A DNA stretch of 32,488 nt from Lysobacterales bacterium (GCA_026993285.1 JALWTZ010000003.1:1-32488); one strand, 5' to 3'. Positions 18,645 to 28,052 are shown, counted from the first letter of the stretch. The notes: generated from the letters alone by a model not told the origin. Numbers and translations: made by a program.

Positions 18645-21355
18645 TGGGCCTGCTCCCAGTTGTCACCGCTGCCGGTATCCACCACCAGCGGCACGGCCAG
18701 CTCGGCGGCCTGTTGCATGCGCTCCACCACCCCGGCGCGGATGCGCTCCAGCGCGTCGGCGGCCACTTCCAGCACCAGCTCGTCATGCACCTGCATCAGC
18801 AGGCGGGCTTGCTCCGGCTGCGGCTCCAGCCAGTCGTGCACGGCAATCATGGCCCGCTTGATGATGTCGGCCGCCGTACCCTGCATGGGCGCGTTGATGG
18901 CGGCCCGCTCTGCGGCCTGTCGCCGCTGCGGGTTGCGCGAGCGGATTTCCGGCAGATACAGCCGGCGGCCGAACAGGGTTTCCACATAGCCTTGTTCCCG
19001 GGCCTTTTCCCGGGTTTCTTCCATGTAGCGCAACACGCCGGGGTAGCGGCTGAAATAGCGGTCGATGTACTCCTGCGCCTCATTGCGGCCGATGCCCAGT
19101 TGCCGGGCCAGGCCAAAGGCGGACATGCCGTAGATCAGGCCGAAATTGATGGCCTTGGCCGCCCGCCGGTGTTCCGCGCTGGCCTGGCCGTTCTCGTCCG
19201 TGCCAAACACTTCCACGGCGGTGGCGGCGTGGATGTCCCGCCCTTCGCGGAAGGCCTGCAGCAAGCCTTCGTCACCGGAGAGGTGGGCCATGATGCGCAG
19301 TTCGATCTGGGAATAGTCCGCCGCCAGCATCTGCCAGCCCGGCGGGGCGATGAAGGCCTCGCGGATGCGCCGGCCCTCGGCGGTGCGGATGGGGATGTTC
19401 TGCAAGTTGGGATCGGAACTGGACAGCCGGCCCGTGGCGGCCACCGCCTGATGGTAGGAGGTGTGCACCCGGCCGGTGCGCGGGTTGACCAGTTCCGGCA
19501 GCTTGTCGGTGTAGGTGGATTTCAGCTTGCTCAGGCTGCGGTATTGCAGAATCATGGCCGGCAGTTCGTGGCCTTCGGCGGCCAGTTCTTCCAGTACATC
19601 CTCGGCGGTGGAAGGCTGGCCCTTGGGGGTCTTGCGCTTGACCGGCAGGCCCATTTCATCGAACAGGATATGCTGCAACTGCTTGGGTGAGCCCAGGTTG
19701 AAGGCATGGCCCACGGCCTCGTGGCAGCGCTGTTCCAGTTCCAGCATGCCCTGGCCCAGTTCCTGGCTCTGCCGGCGCAGCATGTCGCAGTCGATCAGCA
19801 CGCCGGTCTGTTCCATGCGCGCCAGCACCGGCACCAGCGGCAATTCGATTTCCTCGTACACCCGCCGCTGGCCGGGGTTTTCCCGCAGGCGGGGCCAGAG
19901 GGTCTGGTGCAGTTGCAGGGTGATGTCCACATCCTCGGCCGCGTAACGGGTGGCATCTTCCACGGCCACATCGCGGAAGCTGATCTGCTGCTTGCCCTTG
20001 CCCACCATGTCTTCGTAGTGCAGGGTTTTCAGCCCCAGGTATTTTTCCGCCAGCGCGTCCATGTTGTGGCGTGAGCCGGTGGGGTCCAGCACATAGGATT
20101 GCAACATGGTGTCATGGGCCGGGCCGGCCAGCGCCACGCCGGCGCGGGCCAGCACATTCATGTCGAACTTGAAATGCTGGCCCACGATCCGCTGCCGGCT
20201 TTGCTCCAGCAGTGGCTGCAAGGCCTCGAGCACGACCGCCAGCGGCAACTGGGCCGGCGCGTCGGGTCCGGCATGGCCTACCGGAATGTAGGCCGCCTCG
20301 CCCCGGGCGCTGCACAGGCCGATGCCGACGATGGCCGCGCGCATGTAGTCCAGATCATCGGTTTCCAGATCCACGCTGCAATACTCGGCGGCCAGGGCCT
20401 TTTCCACCCAGGCTTTCAGCGTGCTTTCATCCAGAATGGTCTGGTAGTGGCCGGTTTCGTTCTGCCGGGGGTCGGCGGTTTTCCCGCTATCCGGCGCGTC
20501 ATCCAGCCAGCTGCGAAAGCCGTATTCCCGCGCCCGTTGCAGCAGCTTTTCCCGATCTTCCGGCCGGTTTTTCAGTTGTTCCAGGTCGATATCCAGCTCC
20601 AGCCGGGTGCGGATGGTGGCCAGGTCACGGGAAAGTTGCAGCTGCTCCAGGTTCTGGCGCAGGTTTTCGCCGGCCTTGCCCTTGATTTCATCGGCATGAG
20701 CAAGGAGCGCATCCAGCGAACCGTATTGCCGCAACCACTTGGCGGCGGTTTTCGGCCCCACGCCCGGCACGCCGGGAATGTTGTCCGAGCTGTCACCCAC
20801 CAGCGCCAGCCAGTCGATGATCTGCGACGGCTGAACACCAAACTTCTCCTCCACCTGCTCGGCATCCATCCATTCGTTCTTCATGGTGTTGATCAGGCGC
20901 ACGCCGGGTTGCACCAGCTGGGCCATGTCCTTGTCACCGGTGGAAATCACCACCGCCATGCCCTGTTCCCGCGCCTGCCGGGCCAGGGTGCCGATGACAT
21001 CATCCGCCTCCACGCCGGGTACGCGAATCAGCGGAAAGCCCATGATTTCCACCAGCTCCAGCATGGGCTCGATCTGCCGGCGCAGGTCTTCCGGCATGGG
21101 CGGGCGGTTGGCCTTGTATTCCGGGTAGAGTTCATGGCGAAAACTCTTGCCGCCGGCATCGAAAACCACCACCACCGGCTGGTCACCCGCCTGTGCTTTC
21201 AGTTTGCGCAGCATGTTGCTCATGCCATAGAGCACGCCGGTGGGCATGCCCTGGGGGCTGGTCAACGGCGGCAGGGCGTGAAAGGCCCGGAACAGGTAGG
21301 AGGAACCGTCCACCAGATACAGGGTGGGTTTTTCATCAGCGTGTGATTCGGACAT
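18641..21355 (-). CDS. polA: DNA polymerase I
   Basis: LVDGSSYLFRAFHA 5'-3' exonuclease, DLET proofreading domain, TGRLSSSDPNLQNIP, ADYSQIELR, KAINFGLIYG, QVHDEL. Start about 21355. Confidence 0.98.
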   Translation of the reverse strand: MSESHADEKPTLYLVDGSSYLFRAFHALPPLTSPQGMPTGVLYGMSNMLRKLKAQAGDQPVVVVFDAGGKSFRHELYPEYKANRPPMPEDLRRQIEPMLELVEIMGFPLIRVPGVEADDVIGTLARQAREQGMAVVISTGDKDMAQLVQPGVRLINTMKNEWMDAEQVEEKFGVQPSQIIDWLALVGDSSDNIPGVPGVGPKTAAKWLRQYGSLDALLAHADEIKGKAGENLRQNLEQLQLSRDLATIRTRLELDIDLEQLKNRPEDREKLLQRAREYGFRSWLDDAPDSGKTADPRQNETGHYQTILDESTLKAWVEKALAAEYCSVDLETDDLDYMRAAIVGIGLCSARGEAAYIPVGHAGPDAPAQLPLAVVLEALQPLLEQSRQRIVGQHFKFDMNVLARAGVALAGPAHDTMLQSYVLDPTGSRHNMDALAEKYLGLKTLHYEDMVGKGKQQISFRDVAVEDATRYAAEDVDITLQLHQTLWPRLRENPGQRRVYEEIELPLVPVLARMEQTGVLIDCDMLRRQSQELGQGMLELEQRCHEAVGHAFNLGSPKQLQHILFDEMGLPVKRKTPKGQPSTAEDVLEELAAEGHELPAMILQYRSLSKLKSTYTDKLPELVNPRTGRVHTSYHQAVAATGRLSSSDPNLQNIPIRTAEGRRIREAFIAPPGWQMLAADYSQIELRIMAHLSGDEGLLQAFREGRDIHAATAVEVFGTDENGQASAEHRRAAKAINFGLIYGMSAFGLARQLGIGRNEAQEYIDRYFSRYPGVLRYMEETREKAREQGYVETLFGRRLYLPEIRSRNPQRRQAAERAAINAPMQGTAADIIKRAMIAVHDWLEPQPEQARLLMQVHDELVLEVAADALERIRAGVVERMQQAAELAVPLVVDTGSGDNWEQAH

Positions 21356-21428
21356 GCCGGCCTTTTTCCGCAGAATGCTCTGGAACGGGTATGATACCGC
21401 CAACCAGCCTGTGAATGCGGAGATTGCC

Positions 21429-21746
21429 ATGAGCGTACTGCTGCTTGCCCTGTTACTGCTGAACCCCGCCTGGGCCAATGACCCCCGCCCGGTGCAGGAC
21501 CCGCCCCTGCCGCCCAAGGTGGTCAAGCCGGAAGACCGGCTGGAACCCACGGTCACCATCACCCGCAAGGGGGATGTGATCGAGGAAACCTACAAGCGCA
21601 ACGGCCAGGTGGTGATGGTGAAATTCATTCCGAAAAAGGGCCCGCCCTGGTACCTGCTGGATCTGGACGGTGACGGCGTGCTGGAAACCCGCCGGGATGA
21701 CTTCGGCGATGTGCAGCCGGTGATGTGGAAACTGTTTACCTGGTAA
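21429..21746 (+). CDS. DUF2782-like exported protein
   Basis: Signal peptide, EPTVTI..EETYKRNG, P.KGPPWYL.D.DGDG, C-terminal WKLFTW; divergent from polA. Confidence 0.8.
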   Translation: MSVLLLALLLLNPAWANDPRPVQDPPLPPKVVKPEDRLEPTVTITRKGDVIEETYKRNGQVVMVKFIPKKGPPWYLLDLDGDGVLETRRDDFGDVQPVMWKLFTW

Positions 21747-21767
21747 ACCCCGCGGAATTCCTACCCA

Positions 21768-22253
21768 ATGGAACGCTTCAACCACCTGCTGGGCCGCGCG
21801 CTTGCCTGGATCACCACCTTCGTGGTGCTGCTGGTGTTTGTCCTGACCGTGCTGCGCTACGCATTCTCGCTGAACTGGATCAGCCTGCAGGAGCTGGCCC
21901 AGGCCCTGCACGCCGTGGCCTTCATGCTGGCCATGGGCTGGGTGCTGCAACGGGATGAGCATGTGCGGGTGGATATCCTCTACCGCAAGCTCGGCCCGCG
22001 CGGGCGGGCTCGGGTCAACTTCTTCGGCACCCTGTTGCTGTTGCTGCCGGCCATGGCCTTTCTGTTCTGGGACAGCCTGGACTATGTCGCCGCCTCCTGG
22101 CGCATCCTGGAAGGCTCGCGCGAGGCCGGCGGCCTGCCGGGCGTGTTCCTGTTGAAAAGCCTCATTCCGCTGATGGCGCTGCTGCTGGTGTTGCAGGGCC
22201 TGTACCTCTTGCGCAAGCATGCGCGACAGGCCTTCGCCGGAGGGCCGCGCTGA
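21768..22253 (+). CDS. dctQ: TRAP transporter small permease
   Basis: Four TM segments, VLRYAF, LQRDEHVRVDILY. Confidence 0.9.
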   Translation: MERFNHLLGRALAWITTFVVLLVFVLTVLRYAFSLNWISLQELAQALHAVAFMLAMGWVLQRDEHVRVDILYRKLGPRGRARVNFFGTLLLLLPAMAFLFWDSLDYVAASWRILEGSREAGGLPGVFLLKSLIPLMALLLVLQGLYLLRKHARQAFAGGPR

Positions 22254-23617
22254 TGGAAGGCATCTGGCCGCTGAGTCTGTTTCTGGCACTCTGCCTGGTA
22301 CTGATGGCCGGCTACCCGGTGGCCTTCACCCTCGCCGGGGTTTCCCTGGCCTTTGCCGGCATCGGCTGGCTGGCCGGCGCCTTCGACCCGGCCTTCCTCC
22401 AGGCCCTGCCCAACCGCATCTACGGCATCATGGGCAATGGCACCCTGCTGGCCGTGCCGCTGTTCGTCTACATGGGCGTGATGCTGGAACGCAGCCAGAT
22501 CGCCCGCGACCTGCTGGAGAACATGGCCGCCCTGTTTGGCCGGCGCACCGGTGGCCTGGGCTTTGCCGTGCTGCTGGTGGGCATGCTCATGGCCGCCTCC
22601 ACCGGCATTGTCGGCGCCACCGTGGTCACCATGGGCCTGCTCTCCCTGCCCACCATGATGAAAAACGGCTACGACCCGCGCATTGCCACCGGCACCATCT
22701 GCGCGGCCGGCACCCTGGGTCAGATCATCCCGCCTTCCATCGTGCTGGTGCTTTTGGGCGATGTGCTTTCCAATGCCTACCAGCAGGCACAGCTGAAAAT
22801 GGGCATCTACTCGCCGGAAACCGTCTCGGTAGGCGACCTGTTCGTTGGCGCGCTGGTTCCCGGCCTGATCCTGGTGGCCCTGTACGCGCTGTGGATCGCC
22901 GGGCTGGCCTGGTGGAAACCCGAACAGCTGCCGGCCCTGCCCGAGCGGGAAAAAGTCGCGCTTCGCCAGCTGCTGGCCACCCTGTTCGCTCCCCTGTTTC
23001 TCATTGTCGCCGTGCTGGGTTCCATCATCGCCGGCGTGGCCACACCCACGGAAGCGGCCGCCATCGGCGCGGTGGGCGCCATGCTGCTGGCCTGGCACAA
23101 GGGCCAGCTCAATCTGGCCACGCTGCGGGAGGTGGGCGAGAGCACCCTGCAGGTCACCGGCATGGTGTTCATGATCCTCATCGGCGCGGCGGTCTTCTCG
23201 CTGGTCTTTCGCGGCTTTGGCGGCGATGATGTGGTGCACCACCTGCTTTCCAACATGCCCGGCGGCGTGGTGGGCAGCATGCTGGTGGTGATGGCGGTGA
23301 TGTTCATCCTGGGTTTTGTGCTGGACTTCATCGAGATCACCTTCGTGGTGGTGCCCATCGTTGGGCCGGTACTGCTGGCCATGGGGCTGGACCCGGTGTG
23401 GCTGGGCATCATGATCGCCATCAACCTGCAAACCTCTTTCCTCACCCCGCCCTTCGGCTTCGCCCTGTTCTACCTGCGTGGCGTGGCCGATGAACAAATT
23501 GCCACCGCGGACATCTACCGCGGGGTGATGCCCTTCATTGCCATTCAAATCCTCACCCTGCTGTTGCTGGCGGCCTGGCCGGAACTGGCCACCTGGCTGC
23601 CGAAACACTGGGGTTAA
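22253..23617 (+). CDS. dctM: TRAP transporter large permease
   Basis: GYPVAFTL, LLAVPLF, GTLGQIIPPS, ATPTEAA, FLTPPFGFALFYL. Confidence 0.95.
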   Translation: MEGIWPLSLFLALCLVLMAGYPVAFTLAGVSLAFAGIGWLAGAFDPAFLQALPNRIYGIMGNGTLLAVPLFVYMGVMLERSQIARDLLENMAALFGRRTGGLGFAVLLVGMLMAASTGIVGATVVTMGLLSLPTMMKNGYDPRIATGTICAAGTLGQIIPPSIVLVLLGDVLSNAYQQAQLKMGIYSPETVSVGDLFVGALVPGLILVALYALWIAGLAWWKPEQLPALPEREKVALRQLLATLFAPLFLIVAVLGSIIAGVATPTEAAAIGAVGAMLLAWHKGQLNLATLREVGESTLQVTGMVFMILIGAAVFSLVFRGFGGDDVVHHLLSNMPGGVVGSMLVVMAVMFILGFVLDFIEITFVVVPIVGPVLLAMGLDPVWLGIMIAINLQTSFLTPPFGFALFYLRGVADEQIATADIYRGVMPFIAIQILTLLLLAAWPELATWLPKHWG

Positions 23618-23636
23618 CCAGACGGGAGCAAGCATC

Positions 23637-24248
23637 ATGCAATGTGCCATTATCTGCGGCAGCCAGCGTAAACCCAGCCAGAGCGCCAAGGTGGCGGATT
23701 TCCTGCAACAAACCGCCCGCGAGCAGACCGCCTTCGACCGTTTCTATCGCCTGGACCTGGCCGACCAGCCCCTGCCGCTGTGGGAAGAGGCCATCTGGAA
23801 CGGCGACCCGGCCTGGAAGGCGCGTCTCGACCCCATCCGCGAAGGGCTGAAAGCCTCGGACGCGCTGATCGTCATCAGCCCCGAATACCACGGCATGGCA
23901 CCGGCGGCGCTGAAAAACTTCTTTCTCATGCTCAACGCCCAGCTGGTGGGGCACAAACCGGCTCTGCTGGTGGCCGTCTCCAACGGTCCCGGCGGGGCCT
24001 ACCCCATCGCCGAGCTGCGCATGAGCAGCTACAAGAACAACCGCCTGTGCTACATTCCCGAGCAGCTCATCATTCGTGATGTGGAAAGCGTGCTCAACCC
24101 CGAAGGGGAAAACGACCCGGAGGCCGACCCCTACTACCGCCAGCGCAGCATCTTTGCCCTGGGCGTGCTGGAAGCCTACGCCCAGGCACTGGCTCAGGTG
24201 CGTGCCAGCGGCAAGACCTTTGACGAGCAGTTCAAGAACGGCATGTGA
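23637..24248 (+). CDS. NAD(P)H-dependent FMN reductase family protein
   Basis: ICGSQRKPSQS, SPEYHGMAPAALKN, KPALLVAVS.G.GG. Start ATG 23637 after GGGAG. Confidence 0.88.
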   Translation: MQCAIICGSQRKPSQSAKVADFLQQTAREQTAFDRFYRLDLADQPLPLWEEAIWNGDPAWKARLDPIREGLKASDALIVISPEYHGMAPAALKNFFLMLNAQLVGHKPALLVAVSNGPGGAYPIAELRMSSYKNNRLCYIPEQLIIRDVESVLNPEGENDPEADPYYRQRSIFALGVLEAYAQALAQVRASGKTFDEQFKNGM

Positions 24249-24313
24249 GCCTGCTCACTGAGAGCGCCATCACTTTTGGGCGTCCTGATTGAAAACACCA
24301 CGAGGGGATCACC

Positions 24314-25348
24314 ATGAAAGCTTTGCTCACACTGCTGTTTCTGACCAGCCTGTTCACCGCCCAGGCCCAGGACAAGTTCTACGCCGTCAATGACGATGGC
24401 AGTAACGATGTAGCCTTCGATATCGATATCGTCGATGGCGACAGTTGTACCCCGCCGATGAACATGGGGCTCAACGGCGGCAGCCTGCTCAACATCGGCG
24501 ACCAGCCCGGCGGCAGCACTTCCAGCTTCGGCATGCTCGCCTTCGATACCGCCAACTGGGGCAGCGGCAACTTCTCACTGGTGCTGAAAAACCGCTTCCC
24601 CAACGACCCCCTGCCCACCTCGCTGGGCAAGGTGATTATCGAAGCACGCAACTTCGCCGACCCGCCCGGCGAGCGTAACAGCAGCACCCGTAGCAACGCC
24701 TACATGGACGGCTACACGGAAATCACCCGCCTGAACCCAGCCGACCTGTTCAACCCGCTGGGTATTTCGCTGGACAGCTATGTGAGCAACATGCTGCAAG
24801 ACAGCAACCGTGGCCGCTACCTCTATGTGCGCCTGCGTTTCGAAACCTGCACCGACAATGACAATGATTACGACAACATCAGCATCAGCAATGGCCCCGA
24901 CGATCAAGACCGGCTCTACATCACCGGTGCCGGTGGCGCCATTCAGGTAGACGGCACCCTGGCCGGTTCCTGGTACGACCCGGCGCGGGACGGCGAAGGC
25001 TTTCTGCTGGACATCGCCCCCGACAACGACGGCAACCCGCTGCTGGCCGCCTACTACTTCACCTACAAGAACGACGGCAGCGGCGAACCCCTGTGGATCG
25101 TCGGCGCCGGCCCCATCAACGGCTCGGAAACCACCCTGAGCATGATCACCGCCAGCGGTGCCCACTTCGGCAACGCCTTCAACCCCGGCGATGTCAATCG
25201 GCAAGCCTGGGGCGACATCACCTTCAAGTTCGTCAGCTGCGACCAGATCGACGTCAGCTACAACTCCAGCAGCTACGGCACGGGCAGCTTCTCCCTGCAG
25301 CGCATCATCAATGTACCCGTGGGTGCTACCGGGGTTTGTGCGCCCTGA
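24314..25348 (+). CDS. Secreted hypothetical protein with a C-terminal GSWYDP-type domain
   Basis: Signal peptide AQA|Q; C-terminal GSWYDPARDGEGF..YFTY..GEPLW..WG.I.F..C module. Confidence 0.75.
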   Translation: MKALLTLLFLTSLFTAQAQDKFYAVNDDGSNDVAFDIDIVDGDSCTPPMNMGLNGGSLLNIGDQPGGSTSSFGMLAFDTANWGSGNFSLVLKNRFPNDPLPTSLGKVIIEARNFADPPGERNSSTRSNAYMDGYTEITRLNPADLFNPLGISLDSYVSNMLQDSNRGRYLYVRLRFETCTDNDNDYDNISISNGPDDQDRLYITGAGGAIQVDGTLAGSWYDPARDGEGFLLDIAPDNDGNPLLAAYYFTYKNDGSGEPLWIVGAGPINGSETTLSMITASGAHFGNAFNPGDVNRQAWGDITFKFVSCDQIDVSYNSSSYGTGSFSLQRIINVPVGATGVCAP

Positions 25349-25377
25349 AGCCTTGCTGGGTGCAGGAATCCAATGGT

Positions 25378-25409
25378 ACAGGCCAGTGTGACAATGCACT
25401 GGCCTGTTT
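25378..25409 (+). terminator. Hairpin terminator at the backbone/array junction
   Basis: ACAGGCCAGTG-N8-CACTGGCCTGT-TT, a perfect 11-bp stem. Confidence 0.65.
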
Positions 25410-25433
25410 GATGGATTGGTGTTGCGCTATGGC

Positions 25434-25511
25434 ATTTAGCCAGGCTACACAAGCAGCGTGGCTGAGAAGCGCCCTTTCCGCAAAGCGATTGACTTGGGTG
25501 ATTGATTATAT
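25434..25511 (-). repeat. Decayed attC-like site
   Basis: Minus strand ATATAAT-CAATC-ACCCAAG...CTTGTGT..GCTAAAT; both core boxes are mutated. Confidence 0.35.
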
Positions 25512-25856
25512 ATCGTCGTCATATATTTCACCGCCAACGGTATCACAAACAACCGTGTGACATTCAACGGTGAACCAGGCGTGGAATAGCTTCAAGGTCC
25601 GCGTTTTTGGCCACAAATCCGGATCCGTATACCAACCCTCCAGCTCTGTCTCGAAAAGCGCTTGCCAATTCCGTTTGATCCATCTATCCACTGCGTCTGG
25701 GCTGTCCGCATCCTGGTTGCTGATCAAATATACGGTGCATTCTTCATTCACAGACTCGATCGTGATTCCAGGATCGTTATTGCAGGGATCAGCACCATTA
25801 ATCCACTGAATGGCCGGTTCTTTGTACTTCAGGATTAAGGCAGCACGGTTTAACAC
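25506..25856 (-). CDS. Acidic hypothetical cassette protein
   Basis: RBS AGGA, GTG start; LNRAA..W..TVYLI..LFE.EL.GWYTD..LWP..F..WF pattern. Confidence 0.7.
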   Translation of the reverse strand: MLNRAALILKYKEPAIQWINGADPCNNDPGITIESVNEECTVYLISNQDADSPDAVDRWIKRNWQALFETELEGWYTDPDLWPKTRTLKLFHAWFTVECHTVVCDTVGGEIYDDDI

Positions 25857-25875
25857 GATGATTCCTGTTTAAGGT

Positions 25876-25964
25876 CGATAACGCCAGCAGTCACCCACCA
25901 CCATGGAGCGAAGGGTAGAGAAATCCCGGCTTTTCTGCGGTCGGCGTACAGTACATGATTAGCT
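25876..25964 (-). repeat. Partly degenerate attC
   Basis: R'' AGCTAAT (contains the VOC stop), R' GTTATCG, central TTCGCTCC motif; arm pairing is poor. Confidence 0.55.
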
Positions 25965-26417
25965 CTCCGCCTGCCAGTTCTGTAGTTCAATGATGTTTCC
26001 TTCAGGATCCGTAAGATACTGAAATGTCAGCATCCCCACACCGGGTATCTCTCGAACAGCAAGCTCACCGACCACAGATCCACCATGAGCCAAAACTTCC
26101 CGAGCCATCTCACGGACGTCATCAACCGCAAAGGCTATGTGTGAGAAACCAGGGGTATTCGGACTGATTGCAGGGTGCTGGGGCATGTCGCCATATTGGA
26201 ACAATTCCAGTGTCGGGCCATCATCTCCGTAACCCGGTAGTCGGAGATGTACGCCACGAATATGTGAACCCGCGATACCAGTTGCCTGATCGAGCCAGTC
26301 GCCGGACAGGTCACGCTCAGGTAGAACCGGAATACAACCGAACACCTCCTGGTAGAACGCCAACAGGCGTTTCCAATCTTTTGCTATCAGGTTCGTATGA
26401 ACATATTTGATTGCCAT
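25959..26417 (-). CDS. VOC/glyoxalase family protein
   Basis: YVHTNL..FY..VFG, TLELFQY, GFSHIAFAVDD, YLTDPEGNIIEL. Start ATG 26417. Confidence 0.9.
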   Translation of the reverse strand: MAIKYVHTNLIAKDWKRLLAFYQEVFGCIPVLPERDLSGDWLDQATGIAGSHIRGVHLRLPGYGDDGPTLELFQYGDMPQHPAISPNTPGFSHIAFAVDDVREMAREVLAHGGSVVGELAVREIPGVGMLTFQYLTDPEGNIIELQNWQAES

Positions 26418-26424
26418 AGTAGCA

Positions 26425-26499
26425 TCCTCACGTAGCGCTAACCGGATGCCGAAGGAGCGCCAGCGACTGAGGCAGTCCGAGCCAAGCGCCTTGTTCGAC
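26425..26499 (-). repeat. attC with a mutated R' (GTGAGGA)
   Basis: GTCGAAC-AAGGC-GCTTGGC-TCGGACTGCC...GGCATCCG-GTTAGC-GCTAC-GTGAGGA. Confidence 0.8.
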
Positions 26500-26500
26500 A

Positions 26501-26794
26501 CTATTTCCGTTTGAGACCTAATATTGGATGCCTTCGCTGGTGTTTTACTACGGTTATTCTCAGCAGGTCCTTGTTCACTATCCGAAAATACACCACGTAT
26601 GGAAATCTGCGTAATAATGCCCTGCGAACACCATGCTCAACCTCCACCCATTGAAGTGGATTTGATGCAATGTTTAGTACTTGCCTCTCAAATTCATTTA
26701 GAAATTCATTACCAAGCCCAGTGTAACAATTATTATGATACCGGATAATTTCTCGAAGTTCCGCTTCTACTGCTGGGTGATACTCAATCCTCAT
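26501..26794 (-). CDS. RelE/ParE family toxin
   Basis: YHPAVEAEL.EI..Y..GLG.EF, RRALLRRFPYVVYF, V.HQRRHP. Confidence 0.88.
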   Translation of the reverse strand: MRIEYHPAVEAELREIIRYHNNCYTGLGNEFLNEFERQVLNIASNPLQWVEVEHGVRRALLRRFPYVVYFRIVNKDLLRITVVKHQRRHPILGLKRK

Positions 26795-27017
26795 CCCTAC
26801 GTAACCTGTCCATTAATTCTTTATGCGTTATCGGAATTTCTTTTCCACTTTCTATTTCAGCGTCTCTTTGTGTCGCTAGCTTAACTGCATCTTCATCGCT
26901 TATATCCAGTCCAACAGCATAAGAGTCTTCCAGGCTTTCCCATATAGTTTCCGCGAGAAGAGCTCTGTCTTTCGGGTCTAGGCGAAGCGCTTCACTTGCT
27001 ATCTGATCTATATTCAT
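26784..27017 (-). CDS. Addiction-module antitoxin
   Basis: AL.L.PKDRALLAETIWESL...R.AEIESGK pattern; overlaps the toxin start by 11 nt. Confidence 0.85.
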   Translation of the reverse strand: MNIDQIASEALRLDPKDRALLAETIWESLEDSYAVGLDISDEDAVKLATQRDAEIESGKEIPITHKELMDRLRRDED

Positions 27018-27043
27018 ATGAACTTCTCCTATCTATATTAATT

Positions 27044-27124
27044 GTCGAACGCTTGCCATAACTGGTCCCAAATCACGGAGCGCAGCGAAGTGTTTTGGGT
27101 TCCGTGTTTATGGCCTTGTTAGGC
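27044..27124 (-). repeat. attC site (81 bp)
   Basis: R'' GCCTAAC, GCCATAAAC/GTTATGGC arms, CCCAAA/TTTGGG stem, R' GTTCGAC. Confidence 0.9.
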
Positions 27125-27930
27125 TAAATCCAACGCCCCCAGCCTTGTGGTATCTGTATTTGTAACATTGCATGTTGAAGAGTAAAAGCATCTTTAAAAT
27201 AGTCAGAGGCCAGTACTAGACCTTTTGATATAGAAACATCCTCTATAATTGAATTCCACATTTGCATTTGTTCTACATATCGTATTTGACTAATTTCCGC
27301 CCAATATGGATGATTACAGTAATTAGCTACACAATGCTTGCAACCATATACAAAATGCACAGTATTGGCATCATCAATGTAAAAACCTGCCAAAGACCAT
27401 GGAATATTTTCTTGCGTCAGTATATCCTTATCGCAACTTTCACCCTTGCATATTAGCGGCTTATAGTCTGTTCCTTCTACAATATGATGGTATAGTTTCT
27501 GGGGAGCATTAAAGTACTTCTGTAAGGTATAACCACGCATTGTTGGAATTATATCCAATACATCATCAAGATAAATTTCAATAACGTCAATGCCTTTTTG
27601 TTGCAAGGCATACAGTTTCTTTTTTAGGCCGCTTGTTGCTCCTACAGAATAGAACGCAATAAAACCATTGCAGTCATGTTGCTCTACTCGATCTCTAATA
27701 TCTGATTCTTGTCTAACCCCAACATTTTTTTTTGATTTATATGGGTGCTTACAACTTACGAGATATTTGTAATTTTCTTCGTTCCTTTTGATTTCAACTA
27801 TAAGATCCATTCCTTCATCTACACCTTCTGAAGGCCCCACAACAACCGAAAACCCAAGATGGAAAAGGACATCCTGAGCAAACCATTCCCACTTTTTGGG
27901 GGTAAGTTCATAAATATGGTCTTGATACAT
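27124..27930 (-). CDS. Mrr-like restriction endonuclease domain protein
   Basis: WE.FA.DVL..LGF, DEGMDLIV, LVSCKH (PD-(D/E)xK variant); C-terminal CxxxxC and CxxC. Confidence 0.7.
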   Translation of the reverse strand: MYQDHIYELTPKKWEWFAQDVLFHLGFSVVVGPSEGVDEGMDLIVEIKRNEENYKYLVSCKHPYKSKKNVGVRQESDIRDRVEQHDCNGFIAFYSVGATSGLKKKLYALQQKGIDVIEIYLDDVLDIIPTMRGYTLQKYFNAPQKLYHHIVEGTDYKPLICKGESCDKDILTQENIPWSLAGFYIDDANTVHFVYGCKHCVANYCNHPYWAEISQIRYVEQMQMWNSIIEDVSISKGLVLASDYFKDAFTLQHAMLQIQIPQGWGRWI

Positions 27931-27953
27931 GGTTTCTATGTTTTTCTCCTATA

Positions 27954-28052
27954 GCCTAACGCCTCACATCACCGGCAGCAAAAATCGGTGTGGCTGGAGC
28001 GGAGCGGAAGCCGCGCCGATTTTTGCTGTCCGAGTGCATGTGTTTGTTAGCG
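27954..28052 (-). repeat. attC site (99 bp)
   Basis: R'' CGCTAAC, long stem CAGCAAAAATCGG/CCGATTTTTGCTG, R' GTTAGGC. Confidence 0.92.

Noticed and set aside
17973-23689. Long ORFs opposite polA and dctQM, and the 71-aa N-terminal extension of polA
   Set aside because: Shadows of well-supported genes; the extension overlaps the divergent DUF2782-like gene.
26436-26442. GTTAGCG as the R' box of this attC
   Set aside because: It pairs with the L'' arm (GCTTGGC), so it is L'; box spacing places R' at GTGAGGA (26431-26425).
26418-26501. N-terminal extension of the VOC ORF
   Set aside because: It reads through an attC site; ATG 26417 has an RBS and a family-typical start.
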